Below, piece after piece: positions 58,370-64,000 of a stretch of DNA of 64,000 nucleotides. Made by a program: the position numbers and the translations under genes. The first letter of the stretch is position 1. Every line of letters starts with the position of its first letter. This stretch comes from a virus (taxonomy: Duplodnaviria > Caudoviricetes): IMG/VR virus record IMGVR_UViG_2930414654_000002, positions 96-64,095 of that record. One strand, written 5' to 3'. The notes beneath the pieces are model-generated. The model ran no database searches, was not told the DNA's origin, and saw nothing but the letters and a program-made list of their open reading frames with translations.

Positions 58370-58453
58370 GTAAGGACCTTAAGGTTCTGTAGGTGTGGAG
58401 TCAAGGGAGCGTGCGGCAACACCGCCCGACGGAACGCCGGTTGATGCCACTTC

Positions 58454-58566
58454 GCCCCCGATAACATGCAATATCGCGGGCCCCGCTCCATCGGAGTGGG
58501 GTCCTTCGTCGTTGCCCGCGCGGGGGTGGCGATCAACCAACGGCATGGTTGATAATGCCAGTTATC
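58454..58566. other. res/dif-like recombination site
   Basis: Three dyads with 6-bp spacers: GCCCCCGATAA-CATGCA-ATATCGCGGGC, ATCAACCA-ACGGCA-TGGTTGAT and GATAA-TGCCAG-TTATC. Confidence 0.55.
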
Positions 58567-58589
58567 CTATACTGGCGAGAGAGGTGGAC

Positions 58590-58847
58590 ATGGCACAGGA
58601 CTGGATCTCGATGGACCGCCCGTCGGCGGCCATCTTGGAGTTCAAGCTGGAGGAGCGGCGCAAGAAGATCACCCAGGGACTTCTTCAGCAGCCTGACTAC
58701 CCGCCGCTGCCGGAGTGCCCGGAGTGCGGGGCGGCGAGCGAGGCGATCGTTGATCGGCGCGACATGGACGACGCAGTCCTCATCGGCTTCAAACCTTGCG
58801 GCCACCGCTTCCGCGCGGAGCCGCCGTCGCTGGACAGCTACCTGTGA
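58590..58847 (+). CDS. Zn-ribbon protein
   Basis: GAGG RBS; CPECG...PCGH. Confidence 0.65.
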   Translation: MAQDWISMDRPSAAILEFKLEERRKKITQGLLQQPDYPPLPECPECGAASEAIVDRRDMDDAVLIGFKPCGHRFRAEPPSLDSYL

Positions 58848-59872
58848 CCGCCCTCGTTCCGCGCCCGTCGGCGGAGCTGTCGACCGACCGGCACGACCCC
58901 CGCGACGACTGGCACAAGCTGGCCCGCAACCTCGCCAACGACCTCGCCGAGATCTACGGCAACGGCGACCCCCTACCGACCGCCGCCGGGGCATGGATCG
59001 CCCGCCAGAAGTCAGACCACACGAAGCGTGCCTACGCGCGAGCGTTCCGACGCTGGGAGAAGTACGCGCGCAGCACCGGCACCCACCCCCTTCAAGCGAG
59101 GCTCCCCCTCGCGGACGCCTACGCCAACAACGTCGCGAAGACGCCCGGCCGCCAGGGGAAACCGCCCCAGGACACCACGCTCGCACAGACACTCTCAGGC
59201 GCCGCCTCGTTCTACGACTACGCCATCGAGGTAGGGCTGACGGAGGCCAATCCGTTCAACCGTGTCCAGCGTCCCACCATCGACCCCGACTACAGCCCGA
59301 CGGAGGGCCTTACCGAGCAGGAGACCGCCCGGCTCATCGAAACCGCACGCGACTGGGCACCCCGCTCCTACGCCCTCGTCACCCTCCTCTACCTCACCGG
59401 CGCCCGCATCGACGAACTCCTCTCGCTGAACGCCAACCAGCTCGGCTACAACCGAGGACATCGCACCCTGCCCCTCACCCAGAAAGGCAACAAGAAGCGG
59501 CCCGCACCCATCCCACCGCTCGCCCTCGAAGCGCTCCTCGCCTACCTCGGCGACCGGGAAGACGGCCCGCTGTTCACCACCGAGTCCGGCCGCCGCTGGA
59601 CGCAGCCCGAAGCGTGGAAACACCTCCGCGTCCTCGCCCGCCAAGCCGGCCTCCCGCAAGCCGCCAGCATCAAACCCCACACATTGCGGCACCAGTTCAT
59701 CACCGACAACCTCGCCAACGGCGTCCCTTTGCAGGACGTGCAAGACGCCGTATCCCACACCGACCCGCGCACCACCCAGCGGTACAACCGGCGCCGCCGC
59801 CAACTCGACGACCATCCCGCCTACAGCCTCGCCGCGAAACTCGCCGCCAGACTCACCGAAGAGGAGAAGTGA
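58844..59872 (+). CDS. Second tyrosine recombinase (Xer/resolvase-like)
   Basis: TGARIDEL, KG.K, PHTLRH, SHTDPRTTQRY; no arm-binding domain evident. Confidence 0.92.
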   Translation: MTALVPRPSAELSTDRHDPRDDWHKLARNLANDLAEIYGNGDPLPTAAGAWIARQKSDHTKRAYARAFRRWEKYARSTGTHPLQARLPLADAYANNVAKTPGRQGKPPQDTTLAQTLSGAASFYDYAIEVGLTEANPFNRVQRPTIDPDYSPTEGLTEQETARLIETARDWAPRSYALVTLLYLTGARIDELLSLNANQLGYNRGHRTLPLTQKGNKKRPAPIPPLALEALLAYLGDREDGPLFTTESGRRWTQPEAWKHLRVLARQAGLPQAASIKPHTLRHQFITDNLANGVPLQDVQDAVSHTDPRTTQRYNRRRRQLDDHPAYSLAAKLAARLTEEEK

Positions 59873-59874
59873 TC

Positions 59875-60150
59875 ATGACCCGCGCCTACGTGTACGGCGA
59901 GACCCCCTGGGACGTGGCGGGCCCGCTCGCCACCTGGAAGGGCACAACCAAGCAGTTCTCACCGGAGCACAGGGCCCTATTTCGAGAGGCGATGCAGACA
60001 AAGACGCCGCCGCCCTGCCCTGTCTGCGGAGAGCTGGTCGAGACCATGAACGCCGAATCCGTCTCAGTGCAGATGTACATGCACGAAGACTTCAAGGAGG
60101 TCGGTACGCTCGTCACCCTCGAACCTTGCGGGCACCACATGAAGCGCTGA
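59875..60150 (+). CDS. Zn-ribbon protein
   Basis: CPVCG...PCGH. Confidence 0.6.
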   Translation: MTRAYVYGETPWDVAGPLATWKGTTKQFSPEHRALFREAMQTKTPPPCPVCGELVETMNAESVSVQMYMHEDFKEVGTLVTLEPCGHHMKR

Positions 60151-60166
60151 CCCCGCCCGCACGCAT

Positions 60167-60199
60167 GGTGCCCCCGCCAGTCGTAGTGGCGGGGGCACC
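60167..60199. terminator. Hairpin between convergent operons
   Basis: GGTGCCCCCGCCA-N7-TGGCGGGGGCACC. Confidence 0.7.
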
Positions 60200-60210
60200 G
60201 TCGTGTGACC

Positions 60211-60453
60211 CTACCCGCTGCCAGGTGCCCATTCCCAGGCTCCGCCGCCGCGCCAGTCGATGAGCTGCGGGTCGTCGAGGCGGACATGCTCCCGCTCCAG
60301 CCCAACCGTCTCCAGCATGTCCAACACGTCCATCACGTTGTGGGCGACACCGAGGATCCGGCCGCGGGCCACCACCCGCCGGCCACCCTCACCATCCGGA
60401 GCATGCACCACCACCGGAGCAGCCATAAGCCCACCGTGCAGCACGATGGGCAT
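60211..60453 (-). CDS. Conserved hypothetical protein
   Basis: VVVH.P...GGRRV...LG.A.....D..E...L....LDDP.LI.WRGGG...W. Confidence 0.65.
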   Translation of the reverse strand: MPIVLHGGLMAAPVVVHAPDGEGGRRVVARGRILGVAHNVMDVLDMLETVGLEREHVRLDDPQLIDWRGGGAWEWAPGSG

Positions 60454-60468
60454 CGGCGCATCTCGAGA

Positions 60469-61356
60469 TCACCGCCGCCAGACGTTCACCCGTTCAGTGG
60501 AGAGCAGTGGGGCGCCGTCCGGCCCCTTCACGTAGGCGGGAATCCACTGCTGCCGTCGCTGCTCACGGCCGGGTCCGTATGGCTGGTTGCGCCAGTGGCC
60601 AGAGACCACCCACCTGTGCCGGTAGGTGCGCCCATCAGTCTCTTCGTCGGGGTCCCGGTCCTGGGGCCGGTACTGGCGGCGCAGACTCACCAGCGTGACG
60701 CCTTCGTCGGGAAGCTGGGCGCGGCGCAGCGATCGGGCGTCCCGCTTGGGCGTCTCCTCACGGGCGCGGTCAACGAGTTGCGGCTGCTGCATGAGGTGCC
60801 ACGCGGCGGATAGCGCGGCGACGATGGTCCGGGAAGGACGCATCCCCTCCCTGGCGGGCAGATCGTCGAGGGAGACGGGGTCGGCGGTGACCGGGAGGCG
60901 TACTTCCCGGATGGCCAGCATTGGGGGGAAGCGCTGCACTACTTCCGGCGGCAGCCCGGCTCCCATGCGTTCCCGGGTGGCGAGGTGCCACACGATGAGT
61001 GTCTGCTCTGGCCCGGGTCCCCACGCAAGGGCATCGACGGGCCCTGATTGACCGGGCGCCATCTCCACCATGCTGAGACCACCGTTGAACACGAGGAGGC
61101 CGACAGGGCTGGGCCGGTCGACGGTGGCCCAGCGTGCTGCGGCGAGCTGCTGCCCGGCATGCATGGCCAGCGCGGTCATGTCGTCGGCGGCCCAATACAG
61201 GTCGGCTGCCCGCAGGTGCGTGGTGAAGAGCTGAACGAGGTTGTCGTCCCCGGGAAGCATGCCCTTGGGGAGGCCGTCGCCAGCTAGGGACAGTCGCTCA
61301 GTCGCGCGGATACTCTGGGCCCGTTTACGGGGCAGTTGTCGTGGCTGGATGGTCAC
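60469..61356 (-). CDS. Hypothetical phage protein with V.GHWR.Q motif
   Basis: GTGA-coupled to the Aca2-like gene; HRWVVSGHWRNQ...WIPAYVKGP. Confidence 0.7.
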   Translation of the reverse strand: MTIQPRQLPRKRAQSIRATERLSLAGDGLPKGMLPGDDNLVQLFTTHLRAADLYWAADDMTALAMHAGQQLAAARWATVDRPSPVGLLVFNGGLSMVEMAPGQSGPVDALAWGPGPEQTLIVWHLATRERMGAGLPPEVVQRFPPMLAIREVRLPVTADPVSLDDLPAREGMRPSRTIVAALSAAWHLMQQPQLVDRAREETPKRDARSLRRAQLPDEGVTLVSLRRQYRPQDRDPDEETDGRTYRHRWVVSGHWRNQPYGPGREQRRQQWIPAYVKGPDGAPLLSTERVNVWRR

Positions 61357-61772
61357 TGCTGCTGCTCCACGCTGTCGGCGTAGGCGATGGACAGGCCGGG
61401 CACCTCCTGGGCGATGCGGGCGATGACAGCGCGGTGCCAGGAGGCGGGGAACGGGATCTCGGGGTGGGCGGCGTGGTACTCGGCGTCGTCCCGGTAGGTG
61501 ACCACTCCCGGCTCGGGCAGGTCCATCAGTTTGCCGATCAGGCCGGACACGAACTCGCCGGTCCGCTGCTCCAGGTCCTCGATCTCCAGGCGGACTCCGT
61601 CGGGGATGGCGTACTTCCCTGCTTCCCAGTGGCGGACGGTGCGGGCGCTGACGCCGAGGTGTTGGGCGAGCCATTCGGGGGTGAAGCCGAGCCATTCGCG
61701 GACGACCCGCAACTCGGCCGGGGTCATGCGCTCGTCCTCCGGCATGCCGGGCGGATCGGTGTAGTCGGGCAT
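61353..61772 (-). CDS. Aca2/YdiL (DUF1870)-like HTH repressor
   Basis: MT..EL...R..LG.....A...GVSARTVRHWEAG...IPDGV..EI..L...Y.D..EY.A.HP...V.A.I; both the HTH and the C-terminal pattern fit Aca2. Confidence 0.8.
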   Translation of the reverse strand: MPDYTDPPGMPEDERMTPAELRVVREWLGFTPEWLAQHLGVSARTVRHWEAGKYAIPDGVRLEIEDLEQRTGEFVSGLIGKLMDLPEPGVVTYRDDAEYHAAHPEIPFPASWHRAVIARIAQEVPGLSIAYADSVEQQQ

Positions 61773-61827
61773 GGTGCCTCCAGGGTGAGGCCCCCGACCG
61801 GGCGGTCGGGGGCTGTGAGTGATGCGG

Positions 61828-62160
61828 TCAGGCGTTGTCGACGTCGTGGCGCTGGATGATCGCGAAGAGGTCGATGTCCTCGATGATCTCGCTGATGTTC
61901 AGCTCGCCCTCCCAGGTGTAGTCGGCGGGGTAGAAGGGGCCGAGGAAGTCGTTGCCCGCCAGGTGCACGCCCTCGGGCAGTGCGTTGTCGATGGCGTCGC
62001 GGTAGTCGGAGGCGATGCGGTCGAGCGCGCCGGACGTCTCCATGCGCTGCTGCCATTCGCTGTCGCCGCCGTTGATGGCGTCCAGGATGCTGGCCTCGAC
62101 GCTCACGTTGAAGCGGTCGCCGTGGTTGCACCAGGTGCCGTAGCCGGTGGTGGTGGTCAT
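61828..62160 (-). CDS. Small acidic protein, candidate anti-CRISPR/anti-defence
   Basis: 110 aa, about 21 D/E vs 5 R and no K; directly upstream of the aca2-like gene. Confidence 0.7.
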   Translation of the reverse strand: MTTTTGYGTWCNHGDRFNVSVEASILDAINGGDSEWQQRMETSGALDRIASDYRDAIDNALPEGVHLAGNDFLGPFYPADYTWEGELNISEIIEDIDLFAIIQRHDVDNA

Positions 62161-62201
62161 AGCTGTCCCCTTATTTCTCGGTTCGGATGTGTGCTGGTGG
62201 T

Positions 62202-62708
62202 TCAGAGGGCGGCGATGGCGCCGCGGATGCCGGAGACGACGGCGGCGAAGACCTCGTCGCGGTCGGCGACGCGGGACTCGCTCCAGCCGAAGCGGGCGTG
62301 GATCTTGCCGGTGGCGGCGTCGAACCACACCTTGTCGATGCAGCCGAGGAGCTTGCTCGCCTGGCTGTTGGAGATGCCTGCGCCCTGGTAGCTGGCGGAG
62401 GCGATGTTGCCGGTGTTGTAGTGGCTGGTCTCGATGCCCGCGAAGTGTGCCCAGTTGTTGATGTAGACGCGGTCGTGGCCGTTCTTCTGCCAGCGGTTGC
62501 CGCCGATGGCGGTCATGGTGTCGACGGTGAACTCGACTGTGCGGGCGGGCCGCTTGAGGGCGCCGATGGCGATGCGGGCGGCGAGGGAGGCGGAGTCGAT
62601 GACCCAGCGGCCGGCCTGCTTGACGGCGTTGATGGCTCCGTAGCGGCACCAGGTGCGGATGGTGGCGACGGTGACGTTGGCCTCGGCGGCGGCGGCGGTG
62701 GTGTTCAT
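62202..62708 (-). CDS. HTH-fused protein, candidate anti-defence
   Basis: N-terminal MerR/HTH_17-like (VTVATIRTWCRYG...GRWVID) plus a W.K.G..RVY.N domain; first gene of the operon. Confidence 0.75.
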   Translation of the reverse strand: MNTTAAAAEANVTVATIRTWCRYGAINAVKQAGRWVIDSASLAARIAIGALKRPARTVEFTVDTMTAIGGNRWQKNGHDRVYINNWAHFAGIETSHYNTGNIASASYQGAGISNSQASKLLGCIDKVWFDAATGKIHARFGWSESRVADRDEVFAAVVSGIRGAIAAL

Positions 62709-62762
62709 CGACCGGTTCCTTCCGGCGGGGTCTGGGGCTGTTCCCCTGACCTCATGACAACC

Positions 62763-62791
62763 ACAGTAGCTTCCAAATGTGGAAGGCGCAA
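62763..62791 (-). promoter_or_regulatory. Sigma70-type promoter with an operator palindrome in the spacer
   Basis: TTGCGC-N17-TACTGT; the spacer holds CTTCCA-N4-TGGAAG (62770-62785). Confidence 0.7.
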
Positions 62792-62832
62792 GGGGTCTCC
62801 GTGACTCCCCTCTGCCTGTGCCATACTCAGCG

Positions 62833-63000
62833 AGCCACCGCCTGTGTGAGGCGCGCAGCCCGTTTTCTCCTTGAGTGACTGCGGTTGCCTACCTGCACGC
62901 GCAGGCCTGGTGTGCGTCGGCTCTTGCATGGTGCCCGGCGCCTGCTCCCCGCCACTGCGGGGCTAGCGTCAAGCCTCCGCCACACAGGCGGAGGCTTTCG
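62833..63000 (+). ncRNA. Putative small RNA with type I-E CRISPR-repeat-like unit(s)
   Basis: -10-like CATACT at 62822; repeat-like CTGCTCCCCGC-CACT-GCGGGG-CTAGCGTC (62942-62970); terminator AAGCCTCCGCC-ACACA-GGCGGAGGCTT (62971-62997). Confidence 0.5.
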
Positions 63001-63158
63001 CACGTTCACGAACCGCCGGGGGTCCGCACCGCATCCCGAGCCCCCGCCGCTTGTCACCGGGCCCTGTCACACTGGGTGCATCACATCCATCATGCTGGCT
63101 GCATGTGGACGGACGGCCCCGCTACAGCGCAGCGGGGCCGGATCCGTAAGGAGAGGCA

Positions 63159-63593
63159 ATGGGCGACCTGGTGGCGTTCCTGCGGGCACGGATCGACGAG
63201 GAGGCTGAGGAAGCTCGCGCGGCTGCGGAGAAGGCCGGTTCCGGGGACTGGCGGTTCAAGGACGACGACGACTGCGTGTCCGCCGTCGACACCAACGAAC
63301 GCGCCGCCACGGACGCACCGACCTACGCCCGCGAACACTGGATGCCGCTCGTTACCGAAGCCAGCTCCTACATCGGCGACACGATCGACAACGAGATCGG
63401 CCGCTTCATCGCCCGCCACGATCCGACCCGCGTCCTCGCCGAGGTTGCTGCCAAGCGGCGTATCCTCCGGTGGCACCTCGACGAAGAGTGCTGTTCCGTC
63501 TGCCTCGACGACGTCGAAGGATGCCCGCTGTTCCGGGCCCTCGCCCTGCCCTACGCGGGTCACCCCGACTACCGCGAGGAGCGGCGGCCATGA
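63159..63593 (+). CDS. DUF6221-like phage protein
   Basis: LVAFLRARIDEE...IARHDP.RVLAEV.AKR.I...LALPYA.HPDY. Confidence 0.8.
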   Translation: MGDLVAFLRARIDEEAEEARAAAEKAGSGDWRFKDDDDCVSAVDTNERAATDAPTYAREHWMPLVTEASSYIGDTIDNEIGRFIARHDPTRVLAEVAAKRRILRWHLDEECCSVCLDDVEGCPLFRALALPYAGHPDYREERRP

Positions 63594-64000
63594 GCTGCAC
63601 CATCCGGCTTGTAGGCGGTCCCGCTGACGGCCAGAGCCACATCGTGTCCGGCGAGATGCCGCCGCCGCTCTACCTGGTCCCCACCCCGTGGTCGGTAGCC
63701 GACCTACTCAGCGCCCCCATCGAACCGACGCCGCCCGTGACGCGGGCGGCGGAGTACGAGCCCCAGCACGAGGACGGCTTTCTGCGGCGAGCGGACGACG
63801 GCGCTTTCCTCTACCGGTACCGGGTGCCGGCTGTGACGCCAGAGCAGAAGGACGGTCTCCAGCGGGCCCGCGCTGAGGTGGCGGAAGCGCAGGCGGCGAG
63901 GGAAGCGGAGCTGGATGCCGCCTGGCAGGAGATCCGCAAAGAGCGGCCTCACTACCCCAAGGAATGGCGCGACCTCGGCCGCGAGGAGTGGCGGCCCTAG
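63590..64000 (+). CDS. Hypothetical phage protein
   Basis: ATGA coupling; LVGGPADG motif. Confidence 0.65.
   Translation: MSCTIRLVGGPADGQSHIVSGEMPPPLYLVPTPWSVADLLSAPIEPTPPVTRAAEYEPQHEDGFLRRADDGAFLYRYRVPAVTPEQKDGLQRARAEVAEAQAAREAELDAAWQEIRKERPHYPKEWRDLGREEWRP

Larger units (their letters stand above)
1211..64000. mobile_element. Temperate siphovirus-type prophage (right end outside window)
   Basis: Ordered int, repressor/cro, xis, recombination, replication, packaging, head, tail and lysis modules; no clearly broken core gene seen. Confidence 0.95.

Noticed and set aside
58844-59872. Second recombinase as the integrase of a separate tandem prophage
   Set aside because: No arm-binding domain, immunity cassette or host genes nearby, and phage-type genes continue on both sides. 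A small nested element is not fully excluded.
62915-62941. Spacer-like segment shares GCATGGTGCC(C) with ~61769 (aca2-like start), ~60163 and ~21139
   Set aside because: 10-11 nt matches are expected by chance in 64 kb of GC-rich DNA, so they are not evidence of self-targeting.
62886-62970. Calling this a true CRISPR array
   Set aside because: Only one good repeat-like unit and one degenerate one, with no cas genes; reported as a repeat-like RNA instead.

Overview
Very GC-rich DNA consistent with Streptomyces. About 1.2 kb of host DNA (a partial chaplin gene, two small genes and the severed 3' end of uppP) is followed by a temperate siphovirus-type prophage that starts at about 1211 and apparently runs past the window end. 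The prophage carries integration/immunity, recombination (YqaJ+RecT), replication (initiator with iterons + DnaB), two DNA methyltransferases, packaging, head, tail and lysis modules. Its unusual cargo is: (i) an operon ending in an Aca2/YdiL-like repressor with candidate anti-CRISPR genes, divergent from a small RNA containing a type I-E CRISPR-repeat-like unit; (ii) a plasmid-type TraB/Spd transfer module with a clt-like repeat locus, plus a second tyrosine recombinase with res-like dyads; (iii) an HTH-beta-domain-peptide deformylase fusion coupled to a GIY-YIG nuclease; (iv) a C5-methyltransferase with a nested +1-frame ORF; (v) a glycosyltransferase directly after the capsid gene; (vi) a TGATC cluster at the likely packaging site. 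All family calls come from motifs recognised by eye; no database searches were run.
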